NCBI GenBank assembly: GCA_000708835.1
Contig: DF237387.1
Coordinates: 1-64,000 of the forward strand
Source of the DNA: Klebsormidium nitens
Lineage: Eukaryota; Plantae; Klebsormidiophyceae
Reading direction: 5' to 3'
DNA length: 64,000 nt
Shown here: positions 24,501-36,962 of the stretch, one piece after another
Layout: each line of letters opens with the position of its first letter
Position numbering within the stretch: position 1 is the first letter of the stretch
Made by a program: the position numbers and the translations under genes
Notes under the pieces: model-generated
The model's input: only the letters and a program-made list of their open reading frames with translations
The model's database searches: none
Told to the model about the DNA's origin: nothing

Positions 24501-25070
24501 TGAAGACGTCTGAATTAGCTTTAATCAAAGTACAAAATACTCGAAATCCACTGCACCAAATCAGTGTCTTTCCACTGCTGCTGAATCAGATCACTGACAC
24601 ACTGCTTACTCAATGATTGTCATTCGACTTGTGTTTGGCACTCTTCCCTTGTGCCGTTTTATCTGTCCATGGCGCAGATGGTGTGGACCTCGTAGAAAGA
24701 GAGGCCTCGAGCTTGCAGGCGTTTTGCCTCTGGTTGCAAGGTTTTTTCTGAATGCCATATACCATCTCGAAGTCGCTCGAGGTATGCTCCCTGCTCTGGC
24801 GCGCAGAGCTGCTTCGACGTCGGACCCTTTGATCAGCCAGCGAGCACGCGCGCGTGAACACTCTTCATTCCTCCGCCGCAACCAGTGACTTCGATCTTTC
24901 ACAGGATACGAACTCAAGAGCGCATGCTTCGCGAAACAATCACTAACTACAGTAGTGAAGTCGCACAACGTACAGCTATGGATGCTACTAGGTAGTCATA
25001 AGGAGGCTGTCCGAGGTTGTTGTAATAGTAGTCTACTGCTGTAGTTACTGATCTGTTCAGCGACCGTAAT

Positions 25071-25277
25071 CACACGTCTGTGCCTAGTACTAGTAGGTAC
25101 TTGGAACTTGGGACAGTCTCGAACACTGCATGCGCCTGCATGCCTGCATGCTAGCCGCTGTACGCCCGAGCCTGCGAAGGCTGTTAAGCCGGCCTGACCG
25201 GGCTGATCTGACCATGTGCGTCACGTGGGTTTCGACTTGTCGAGTCAGTATGTCGGGCCGCGGAGCACTAGCATGCA
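25071..25277 (+). promoter_or_regulatory. Cluster of RY (CATGCA/TGCATG) and G-box/ABRE-like motifs upstream of the oleosin-like gene
   Basis: TGCATG at 25127, 25137 and 25145; CATGCA at 25272; CACGTGG at 25222; CACACGT at ~25072. A TGACGTCA palindrome also lies at 25510. Confidence 0.45.
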
Positions 25278-25542
25278 AGGCCGGTGCCGGCGCAAACCTC
25301 GTGGGCTCGAATCTGGGCTCACAGGAGCACCGGAGACCACAAAACGTCACTATGATTGGCAGAGCCTGAGATACATACTGCTTTCACCAAGCTCAAACAC
25401 TGCAATACTCGAGCCTCTGCTTCGGGCCTCTTTGACCGCTTCCTGCAAGCGTTTAGCTGATCCCTGCGCTTTTCTTAGCCCCCTCTTGGCGGCGCCTCGC
25501 AAGCCCCTGTGACGTCAGCCCTTGCGTGAAGAGTCAGCAGCC

Positions 25543-28221
25543 ATGTCGTCCAAATGGGACCCGCAGCAGCAGGAGGGGAAGGGGGAGGGCGGCGGTGATC
25601 AGCAGATAGCGCCGCAGAAGGGCGGGAAGAACGTGTGGCTGATGAGGTGAGAGCTTGCTCGCTTGAGTTTCGGAAGTTGAGGCCTGCTCTCTATCCGATT
25701 CCTGATCAGCATTTGTGATAGATCTCTGATGTCCTTGGTGGTGGTGTGACTGCATGGGAGGAAGGGGGGAGGGCGGGGAGGGGAAAGGAGAAGGGGAGGG
25801 TGCTGGGACGAGGGGGCACCGCAGGAGATTCTTGTGATGGGTCCGGTGAGGGCATGTATTTGATTGCTTGGTCTTTTGCAAGTCGAGCCCTGATCTTTAA
25901 GCTACCTCTGGCCAGCATCCTCAAAAGGCTGATGTCTCTAGTGGTAGATTGGCTGAGAGGGTGCCACGACCAGTCTTAATGCATGCACGAATTGGGAGCA
26001 AGTGCATGGTTGCAACTCTGGAAAATCAGTATTGAGCTGACATACGGTCAACTTCTGTGAAGAGAGGACATTCAATCTGCTTAAGTTTCTCCCTTGCCTT
26101 TGGCAATCTGTGGCACATGCTTTTGCTTAACCTGTTTTCCTGGATGATCTCTCCTTGGAACCTTTTCGAAACCCCCTTGGTCTGTATTCAAAAGCAGTAC
26201 TTAGGGACCCAACGAAAGTTGAACAGAAGCTGATGGCTCTGTTGCAGGATCCTGGTGGGCGGGACTATTCTCACCATTGGGACGCTGGCAATGCTGGCCT
26301 TCGGTGAGTCTCAGATGAAACTCCAAGATTCGTCAGTGTCTCTGGCGCCTGCTACTAAGTGCTTGGAATTGTTTTCTGAGGGACAGGCTACGAGATTACA
26401 AGTTTAAGTTTAAATCCAAGGAGAAGAAATGAGTACAAACAAGTCTTTTGTAAAGAGCTCCTGACATTTTGTAGGTATCACTGATTCCGGTCTCGAGGCA
26501 GACCTGCCTAGGAGAAGGACTAGAGAGTATTGGGTTGTGAAGCACATGGGGTCGCTGATTGGGAACTGAAACTCTATCTCAATCATCTGGATCAATGATA
26601 TTAGGAGCCGGCAACTGTGGAAACAATGCATTTTGGCTCGTTGTCCGGACACAAAGTGATCAGAAATCTTTTCAGGAAAGACTTCCGACCGCAGATGATC
26701 AAAAGGTCGAACGTTCGGTTTTTTGCCCAGGGCTCCCGACCTTGGTCACGGCCTTGCCTTACTGCCGATTGGTCCGTTATGAGCCCACAAAACCAGCCCA
26801 CAAGGTCAAGAAGCCCATGCAGCATTTTCGATCCCTTCCCTCTTCCCCCCCCAGGCGCGATCGCCATCCCGACTGTCCTCCTGGGGGGCGGTTTGCTGCT
26901 GCTGGTGAGCCCCCTGCTGATCGGCGGCGCGGTGCTGACGAGCCCCATCTGGGTGCCCCTCGTCGGCCTCACCCTGACGGTGCCCCCAATCCTGGGCACG
27001 ATCGCGGTCGCGTTCATCACCTTCGTGCTCGGCGTCTACTGGTTCTGGAACTTCGTCCGGTAAGCATCCCATGCGACGATGACCATCACAAGTAGCGTAC
27101 TGGTTGTTTTCTTTGGACATGTGGATGTGGGCTTGAACCCTTCCGGCAGTCAGGAAAAGGGTCCGAGGAAAGCTCCTCGAGCGATCTCAGGATCTTGAAA
27201 GGATACCAACATTCACGACTTGTCTTGCGTTTCCATCTGTCGTTCACGAATTTCTTTAGTGCTCGAAGAAACGGAGACGGGCGACTCATTCTGTGTTTAA
27301 TTCACACCTTCGCCCGGAATTTTTTTTTTTCCTGATCGAGGGGTGCTCCTGGTTCGTAGTATCAGCCGTTGTGCGAAACGGATCACGGAATGATGGAAAG
27401 CGATTGTGATCTGTCTGTTTCCGTCATATTCTCCATATGTTGAATTTTTGGTGCTTCGTCTTGATCGGACTGGGAGCGCTCTCGCGAGCTGCTGACATTT
27501 CCCACCGAGACGCAGTATGTGAGTTTCGTTTTGACTGCGCTTTCTCGTTTCATCGGTGAGTTTTGCCCGTCTGGGCGAAACCTACGGGTTCACCTCGCAA
27601 CATATGTCAGCTTCTTGTTCAAATTTTGCGCACAAAAACAACCTCCTAGATTTGAGTCCACTCTCGTTGCTTTCTTCGACTACCAATTGTCACGAAAAAG
27701 GTCAGGATAAACCGGCTTTACAGATTCCGTCTTACGCCGCTCTTCTCTCATGAGATATCGCATATTCTCATGATCGGCGTGCTTCTTCTTCCCAGAAGCG
27801 CTGCTAAAGGCGGGCGAGCGGGCGAAAAGCCGTCGTATGTGGAGAGGGTCCTCAATGCTTGATGTACGTTGCGCTCGCTTTTCAGTCTTTCTTTCACGAA
27901 ACCCTTCAACCAGAACCGAAGCCGTCTGACGCTGTCTTTCTGATGCAGTTGTGTCGGCTGTGCTGGTCCTTCCGCCCTCAAATCCTTTCCCCGTATCAAA
28001 GCTGCTGTCCTCCAACAACTCGTCCCGCTCTTACAAGCCTCTGACTCTGGCCTTACCCAACGCGCAGTTCCAGCAAGACCCGCGAGGCGGCGGAGGATCT
28101 CAAAGAGGGCATGAAGGAGGCGGCCTACTGCGTGCAGCACCGCGTGTACGACACGTGTCACAGCGCGCAGCAGGCGGGCCAGCAGGCGCGTCAGCGCGCG
28201 CAGGAGTCGTCGTCGTCCTAG
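25543..28221 (+). CDS. Oleosin-like lipid-droplet hairpin protein, 4 exons (25543-25646, 26248-26303, 26855-27059, 28068-28221), 172 aa
   Basis: Hydrophilic N-terminus, an 86-residue uncharged stretch containing P-x9-SP-x3-P (PLLIGGAVLTSPIWVP), and an amphipathic C-terminus (EAAEDLKEGMKE...QQAGQQARQRAQE). Exon lengths sum to 519 nt in frame. Confidence 0.75.
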
Positions 28222-30939
28222 GAATGTTTTGAGGCTCAAGGTTTAGTTTGGGGGGGATCTGTTGGCGGTGTGAAAAGCTGTCTAAGGAGCGGGACGAATT
28301 TTTGGGGAGAAGTAGAAACGGGATCAGTCGGACTGCATACGAGACGAGCAACGGCAAATGAGAACATTGTGCCACCGAAAGCCATACGAATGGTATCTTA
28401 GCCTAGCCACAAAGCATCGGTGTAAGTATGAGAAGTTTTTAGACGCTCCGGTCAGCGAAGCCTTTGCTTCATTCCAGGAATACTGATTGAACGATCAGGA
28501 ATTGCTTCATACATTTTCCGGTCTCCCTGCTTACAATAGCCAAATTTCTCAGGTCGGAATCCCAATCAAGTCAATGCAAAAAAATTTGCCAAACAGAAGA
28601 TTATAACCACAACAATATCTGGACTGTATTGGCTTTGTTTGCTGCATTCCGCATATCGGAGCTCGAGGAAAGCAACTTGCTGCACTAGTGGAGGCGTAAT
28701 GCTGTTTTGCACCAAACATGCTTCTCAACATTCTTAAAAAGATATGCGCTTCCGTCATCGTATATCAAAACCTCTTGGTAGGAGCAAATCCAGTACGATT
28801 CAACGGTAGATGAGAAGTGGGTCCAATTCGGTCAGGATTCTTGTTGTCGTACAGCTTCTCTATATTTCCTACGCATATCGGAGAAAACCTCTGCACTGAG
28901 CGACCCGTAACTAATTCTACGGAGAAGAGATTCCTGTATAGTGGGTGGAGGAGAATTCCACGTACCAGCTACGGTCACGGGACCGCGACTTCAACACGTC
29001 AGAATAGAAAGTCACCCTCTAGTTTGAAAGCCACCCTCTTTTGAACTAAGGACCTCAGTCTCTTGTCACAGCATGGTCTCGGATGCAACGGCTAGACTAC
29101 AGTAAAACACGATCCTAAGTACGAATACACAGAAGTTCCGAAAGCACAGGGTCGCAAATTGCAGAACATCATCTTGTATGGGAATGAATGGTGACCTTGA
29201 AAAGTTTGTGCAGAAGTTTCCGCTGGGAATCAAATCATTTCAGCTCCTCTGATTTCATTTTATTTTCAGCGAGTACATATTAGCGATCGTGTTTGATGCA
29301 CTCCCGCGTGGCGTTTCACAGATGCACTGCAATCCAGAGCGGACACAACTCTGTGTCGGAAGAGATTCCTTGAAGTCAGTAATCGTGGTATAAAATAGCA
29401 TCAAAGCGGAGGCCCGTCCTTCATCCAGAGGGCTAATCAGCTACATAAGGGAACCTATTCTTTTAATTAACGGAATCGCGAACGCGACAAGGGCCCGCGA
29501 CGACAAGGACCGCGCGCGCTATGTCTTGTATTGCATAAGGGAGTGTCGAAGGCATTGCGAATGTCATCTGATGACGTCAATTGTGGAAGTTTTGCTGTAT
29601 TGTTGACGTCTTTCGACAAATCCCCTGCATGGCAACGCGACGAACAGAGCAAACCGGTCAAGAGGACCCAAATCTCAAGAATAGATTGAAACAGTACAGG
29701 GGTGGTTTGCATCTGCCCAATCAACCTTGCAGTCATGCAACGAGTATTGAACAGAGGACGACTTAATCTACTTAGTGAACATCTATGTAGGGGAGATTGC
29801 GCTGATCATTTCGAAAGCTATTCCTCCTGGGCCCTTCTTACGCACCGTAGGGACGACTAGTAAAGAGCAAAATGAGCAGGCAATGTCCTTTGTCCTCTAG
29901 ATATTCCTCGCGCTTCGCTTCGTGAGAAGCCTTTGACGGCAATTGAACGGCGGACAGCAGTCACTTGCATGATCTAGGTTCAGGTTCTTAGGAAGTGCGA
30001 TCAGGTGTTCCAAAAGACTTGGCATGATATAGTCCCTCGTGAAGAACTGCGAGCTGTTCAGGGAGGGGAGCATGGGGGGAGCGTAAGCTGACTGGTGAGT
30101 TTGATCATAGGTAGTTCTGGGAGGACGAAGAATCAGGATTGGGAAGCTCCTTGTCTTTCCTGAGGAGCATTATAACCAAGGCGAACACAAAGCGTTGAAT
30201 ATGACACTTACGGCCTCTTGCGTGAAGTTTCCACTGTCGGCACCGATTCTCCATGCAATGAGCTCTGCAGAAACTGCGAACCGAATTCTGGCCCGTGAAC
30301 AGGACTCCTAGACGAGCTGTTCGCTTCAGAGCACAATACATGGTGAAACATCTGTACTTGACAGATCCATCCTGACCTCTTCCTGAGGCTGCTTAATCCA
30401 GATGTTTCTGCCGGAGCATCCATCATGCACTGCGAGAAAGCGTTTCGTCCGAACCAGGTCCGAAGTGGGTCCGAAGTGATTTCACCTGTCCAATCCCGAT
30501 CAGCCTGCGCAGGCCCGGATCGAGGTATATTCCTCAGAATTCTAGTTATGCAGTATCAGAGACTTCGTGTTGTTTCCTCCTCTGCCTCTTTCGCAGTTAC
30601 ACTTAGATAACATTCAAATGAAGCATCTTCGAAATCTAAAGCTTGTGGAGAGTAACACAATACAAACCTAATGCAGAAGGTGGCGCGCAATTGAAAGAGA
30701 AGGGGACATTCTGCTTCATACCAACAGCTACTCACTCATCTTGCAGAACAACTAGTCTCTTTACTCGCTCAACACCTGATGATTGCTGTAATCTTTTTCC
30801 GCCAGATTCCTCTGCACCCAATTCCTCAAGCCAGTCAACGGGTTCAATTGTTCCAGGAAAGTTCAATAACCAAATTCAGCCTCAACCCTCAGGCATTGTG
30901 CTTTAATTTGGAAGCTCCGTGCAGTCTCAGGCTTATGAC

Positions 30940-32127
30940 ATGGCCGCGCCGCGCAAGGAGGGTTCAGGGTTTGGCCCGCAGCCAGAAGGCGCCAGCGCTC
31001 TGGCGCTCGAGAGAAGAAGCATCGCCGTCCAGACTGATCCCGTGATCATAGTGCGCCACGGGGGCCCTAAACCAGGCGGACAGACCGGTCACTCAGCGGA
31101 TAATAGCCCTAGCTCTGAGTTGCCGAACAGTGCGGGGGAATCAGGACCCCGGGAGAAGAGCGAGCCACCTGCTGACGTCAGCTCGGTTCAGTCATCGGGT
31201 GCTCAACTGGATCTCCCCGAAATGAAAGCGCGGCAGCCAAAGCAAGAGGAGGATGCGAACCGGTTGCAAGAAGAAGGCGGATTGACACTCGGACGAAAGC
31301 ACAGCACAAGGCCAGATTTACCGGCGTTCTTGATTGATTCTGATGACGAAAGCGAGCCGCGTGTGAAGGAGCACAACGGAAAGGACGAGAAGGTGACAGT
31401 TCGATGTCGAGGTTTTCATCTCGATGTGTGGATATCCAGCTTCAGTGACGGGCTTCATGATTTCATTGATTGGTCTTAAAACCGTTTGCAGACCGCGGAA
31501 GCAACGGGCTATGAGACTATAGGATGGTTTCGATGCTTTCCCCTGATCAATTTGACTTTCTCTATGCAGCTGGAGGCAATGTGCGACCTCTTCGACGAAG
31601 TTTGGACCAACAAAGCGCTGGTAAGCGGACGACTGGCCAAGCATTTTGGCCTTTGAAGTTTCGGCTGTGACTTTCTGGTGCCGTTCGTACATACAGCGAA
31701 TGGTTGCAACCAGAGTGCTCGCCGAAAGAGGCTTTCTTTTCGAGGGTCTCGTAGATACGAGCATAACAGAGACACTGAAGGGATGACCGTGAATGGCTCT
31801 TGACAACTTCGAACGCTTCTGTTGATGAGTGCTTTCAGCAACTCGATTCCTTCTATTCGTTTCTCTCCAGCAAGCGACATCATTTCTTTCGAATCTGAAC
31901 ACTTGCGTAGTGCCAGATCGACCAGACCTCTCCCATCTGCGCTGCAGCTCCGCGAAGCTCTATTCTATCTCCACTACCTGAGAACAGCTGACGCAATGAA
32001 TCACGAGAAACTCGTGACCGCGGGCGTCGACACACGTGTCCGTGGGCTGATGGCATACAACCACGACAAGGTCCGCTGTGCGGCCACCAAACTTTGGGAA
32101 AAGCTGCGACTTGGCTTAAACCAGTGA
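30940..32127 (+). CDS. Hypothetical protein: disordered N-terminus, C-terminal helical region resembling TFIIS N-terminal/LW domain
   Basis: Long ORF 30940-31392 ending at a GT donor, then a terminal exon LREALFYLHYL...HEKLVTAGVDTRVRGLMAYNHDKVRCAATKLWEKLR. The middle exons are uncertain. Confidence 0.45.
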
Positions 32128-32891
32128 TTGAGACCGGATGGTCGATTGTGAAAGTTGAGAGACTCGTCAAGATCGAGCATAGAATGCTGAGTTTGTTAGT
32201 TTACAGGGCGTTTAGACTTTTGATACGTAGAGAGTGTGTAGCTACAGTAGTGTGTACTTGCTCGATACAGGCATCGATCCGGCAAGTTGCGAATTAATTC
32301 GGAAAATTGCTGGCACGCCCTGCGCGCCAATTTGGCTGCATGCATGGGCCGTGTGCTCTTCACCTCACAGCTGCGATCGTGACACATAAATCTTTCCGCC
32401 CGCGCGGTTTCGCAAGTGGGACCGTATGGTCAACGTGCACTAATGCGCCATCCTTTTCAACGGACGTTGCAGTACACAACTGCAGCTCGTCTTATTTGTT
32501 CTCGCAGGGATCGGATGCACAAATGATCAAACTCACGAAGAATCCGACGATCGCGAGGTTGCAAAACATCCGCAGGCGTGCAATTATGCGTGATGCATGA
32601 AAGAATCAGGTCATAATTGTACCATATCTTGAGTCCGGAATCAAAGTTTGACTCAGGAGGCTCTTCAAAGTGGTATAATATCATCTGAGAATCTGGAGCT
32701 AACTCACTCGTATCCATCATGCATGCACGCTGCGCGCGTCCATGATTGCAGAGACTCAAGAGCTAGCTCACTGATCAGCGTCCTTCACAACACTTGGTTT
32801 CCTCATTTGCGTGCGGCAGCCTATCTATACAAGCATGCTCAAACAACTCGCAACGAGAGAATCTCTAGTGTACAATTCAGCCGCTGCTTTA

Positions 32892-35800
32892 TCAGATCAC
32901 CGCTCGACGATCTCTATTCACTGCCGCCGCTGCTGACAGTCCTCGATCTAGGTCCGCCCACAGATCCTCTGACTCTTCAATCCCAACTGAAAGTCTGAGG
33001 TGCCCATCGCTTATCCCTAGCTCGCCCCGCTGAGCCACACTTAGCGAGGCATGGGACGAGGAGGCCGGGTGAGACACAGTAGTCGTCACGCCACCAAGCC
33101 TGCACCGGACATGGTCCACACAGAATCAACTCCTCCCAAAGCAACGAAGAGTTGAATATTGCATCAACGAGGAGTTCGTGACACACAGTCACCTAAACTG
33201 TATCGTTTTGGAAAAGAACGGAAGGGCGAGAACGCAGTAACGGAGCTATGGCAGACGTCACTATCAAGAGAAGCAGCGGCTTTCGTGTTGTTCATGTCTG
33301 CCTTGTTTTCTTCATCTATGACTGATTCTCCTGATGAGCACTCCCGAGGGCAGCCAATGAACAATCTGGAGCCGCTGTCCGCAAACAGAATTCTCCGAGC
33401 CTTCTGCATGTAGTAAAGCAGTTACCGTCTCTTCACTTCGTAAATCAGCACGCATTTTCAAAAGTACTCGTAGTTTGTCCGAAACGAGGGAGGGACACAA
33501 AAAGTATCAGACAGCCAAAAGGGAACTCGCTAAGACTGCAAGTCATCCCTCTCGCCACACTTTCACCAAAATAAGTGGTCAGACGTGATCTCGATGTCTT
33601 GCGTTTGACGAACAAGCTGACGTGCCAAGATCAGAAACGTAACCAATCAAGTGTATGGAGCGACGGCAGCGAAGTAAGGGCACTCACGTCGTGGACAGGG
33701 TGATTAATCTGAAGGCGGCTACCGCTGCATCCGCCCCCCGAAAACCGCCCACGACAGCAAACGTGACTAGAGCAACTTTCTCGTGCCAGGCAACGGCCGT
33801 GACGCGGGGATCCCCCTCGAGCTGGCGGCCCAGCGTGGCCGCGTTTGCCCAGGCCTTTTCGACGCGAACCTATAAGCATTGAAAAAGAAAAAGCTGCAGT
33901 CGTTGCAGAAACTCAAGGACTAATAGGATGTAACGGCTGTCGAAGTATTCTGCAATCGAATGGATCCAGCGCGATGATATCGTCAAGTGTGACGAGAATG
34001 GTTAGAGTACGCCGAAACATTTGTCACCCTGGTTTGGCGCGTGAAGGTTTCTGAGATAAAGTACTACTCAGAACATGTTCGCACAGCTGGTATGATCGGA
34101 GTGGCTCTTCAGCAAACGCTCAACTTCTTTGATTCTCAGCAACTCTCGTCAAAATCTCAAACAAGCTTTTTCAATTAGGCGCTTGCCGCTCAGGCCCCGT
34201 CATTCTCTTCATCGCGTTTCTACTTTCCAAAAGAACAAGTGAACACACTCACCTGCAGCGTCCGGATGCCTCGCACCGCCAGCCAAGCGTCCAGCGGGGC
34301 CGCCCAAAGGCCCATCCGCTTCACGAAGTCCCTGATCGGATCCACGAGCATCGCTGAGCCGACCACTGCGCCAGCTAGGAGGTCGTGGTGGCCCCCTAGA
34401 AATTTGGTCGCGCTGTGGATGACAAGATCTGCGCCCTGCACCGGAGTGACTGGTTAGCGGTGCTCGTTGTACAAAGGAAGTAAGAGGGTGCGTTCGCCCA
34501 CTGAAAAGAGGAGGGGATCAGCGAGGAACGAAGAAGTTTTGGAATAATGGACTGCAGATGAGGAATCTGGAGGGACCTACGAGACGTCTTTGGTATGTGT
34601 TGATTGCCATGCACAGCCATTGGAATTGGATTTCTCGCTCAAAAAGCGGAGGACGGCGAGGGACATCCGCTGATGTTCCTCAGGGCAAGTCTTGGAAACA
34701 AAGCTGACGAAGAGGGCTACACCAAGATCTCAAAAGAGACCGAAGTTACTTCCTAATCAGCGAAGCTGCCAAACACTAAGAACTGAAACCGACGTAAAGC
34801 CTGTTGTCTCATCCGCTTTCACTAATAGATGTCAGATTCTCAAAGGCTTGTGTTGCTCACCTCCGCCAGTGGCTGCGACCTGAGGGGCGTCCTAAAGGTG
34901 TTATCCACTATCAGAAGTGCTCCCGCTCGTTTGGCCAGCTTGGCAAGCGCTCGGACGTCCGAAAGCATTAGCAGCGGGTTCGAAACCGTCTCTGCAAAGA
35001 TCACCACCTTTCGCGCCCGCCCCCTAGCGCCCGACATCAAACCACCTAATCCCGAATCCTCGCTTGTCGATGCACCCGACTGGCTATCACGGCAAGTGCA
35101 CCGGCAACTGCAAGTCTCAACCTCCGTCGAGGCTCTTAACCCCTTCTCACTGCCGTTCTGGAGACTCTGCCCCTCGTCGTATAGATTAGGTTCTGTTTTG
35201 GCGGTGGTAGGGGCTCTTGGCGCACTGTCCGAGTCTGGTCCGAAAAATAGCTTCTCCAAATGTCCGAGATCGTTGGTGTCCTCAAAACGGACGGTCACTC
35301 CGTACCTAGGAAGGTCGCGCCTAAAGAATTCGGTTGTGCCGCCATACGCATCTTGCTGGGCAATCACTAGGTCGCCAGCGCTCACAGTAGACAAGATAGC
35401 GGCGGAGATGGCACCCATGCCTGAAAACAAAGGGGAAACCTGATGGCTGCTAGTCTGGAGTTAGTTGTCTGCTGTCCACTCAACAAACTAGGCGGCAACC
35501 AGAAGAAGTTGACACTTTGTGTGGAGGATCAGAGGACTGACCTTGAGATGGGATTTATTCAAAAGTTACTGCTGAGTAGGGCTTACATCAGGGGCTTCAA
35601 GTGCGCAGTCTCCCACCTATTGGGGCTTCAACTTTCAGACTGACGTGGATGAGCACCACCACACAAAAATATCCAAACAGAAAGGTACACACTGTTCGCT
35701 ATGTTCTGGCATCCTCCAACTTCAGAATTACAGAAAGACACTGTGCCAAAGATCTTGGTTGTCCTCATGCTCCAAAATCCTGTGCTTAGCCCGCTACTCA

Positions 35801-36345
35801 AAGCTGCACCATACTTAATAGGAATCCACCTCCACTTCCAAGCGCCAAGAGGTCCCACAGCAACGGAACCGTCAGCCACTACCAAAGACAGGCAGCGATA
35901 CACCCCCAACCGACCCGCTCATATGGAATCAACATCTTGCATGCTAACATCTTGATGGAAAGGTGGTGCACGGTTTACACCACTTCAGGATACCCCAAAC
36001 CGCCTCACCTGATGATGTGGCCACCCCCGCCTCGGCCCCCTCAAGCGCAGCCACTGCTGCCCCCAGCTCATGAGCGTTTGGGAGGCCCATCCTGCCATAG
36101 CCATAAGCACCCTGGCCCACAACCTGCTCCAACCCGCTGCTTATGGAGTCAAAATCAAACACGCTGGTTTGGAACAGGGGGGTGACGTGGGCGTTGTTAG
36201 GGAGGGCGGGGGGGGTGCTGACCTCAGCGGTTTGGGTTCCAAGCAAGGGTTTGCGGGGCAGGCCAGCGTGAGCAGCCAGAGTGCCAAGCAAGAGGCCCTG
36301 TTGTGGCGGAACTGAGTGCATCAAAGTGGCTCCGTTGGCTGTCAT
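32892..36345 (-). CDS. Cys/Met metabolism PLP-dependent enzyme (cystathionine gamma-synthase/lyase, methionine gamma-lyase family), 5 exons
   Basis: [64 protein letters not shown] (PLP Lys), [24 protein letters not shown]. Subfamily not assignable by eye. Confidence 0.93.
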
Positions 36346-36962
36346 GGTGGTTGTCTTCCGCTCAAGGCTTAGCGCCTCTGAGTTGCTTCCCTTTACAGGT
36401 GTGCAATGCTGCCTTTATAGAATGAGGATATGTAAGAGCCTGCTCAAGTTGCTGCCCTAGAGCCTGCAGGCGCGTTTAGAAACGGGGCAAATGGGGAAGA
36501 AGGGGCAGCCAGGCTGAGCCACCTTGAGAGATTCTTCTCCACCTTTTATGCTTCTCACATATTGGCTTGGAGTTACCAAAATTTACTTCCGCAACTCCGT
36601 CTATTATGAGGATTGCTGTGAGCGCTAAGACGCGATCAAAACCTACCATAAGTTTCTACGTTTGCCAAATGATCTCAGAAAACGGGGCATAAGGGGCATA
36701 CGTGGAGGGGTTTGCGACATTCAAAAACCTCAGTTTCAAATCCCTTGTTGAAGGCTGCACTCGCAATTGTGTACTTGTGTGGTCCTGCTGAAGAGGCGCC
36801 CCTCATGCTCGTTTGCCAGGGGCCCCATCAGCGTAAGGCTTACGGTAAGCTGGGAGAGCATCAGTTTGCATGTTCCAGTGAAGGATATGATTTGTGGTCG
36901 GTTGGGGGAGGTCTGCAAGAAACCCTCGACGGATCGCAAGAAGCAAGCAAAGTCTGTTGGAC

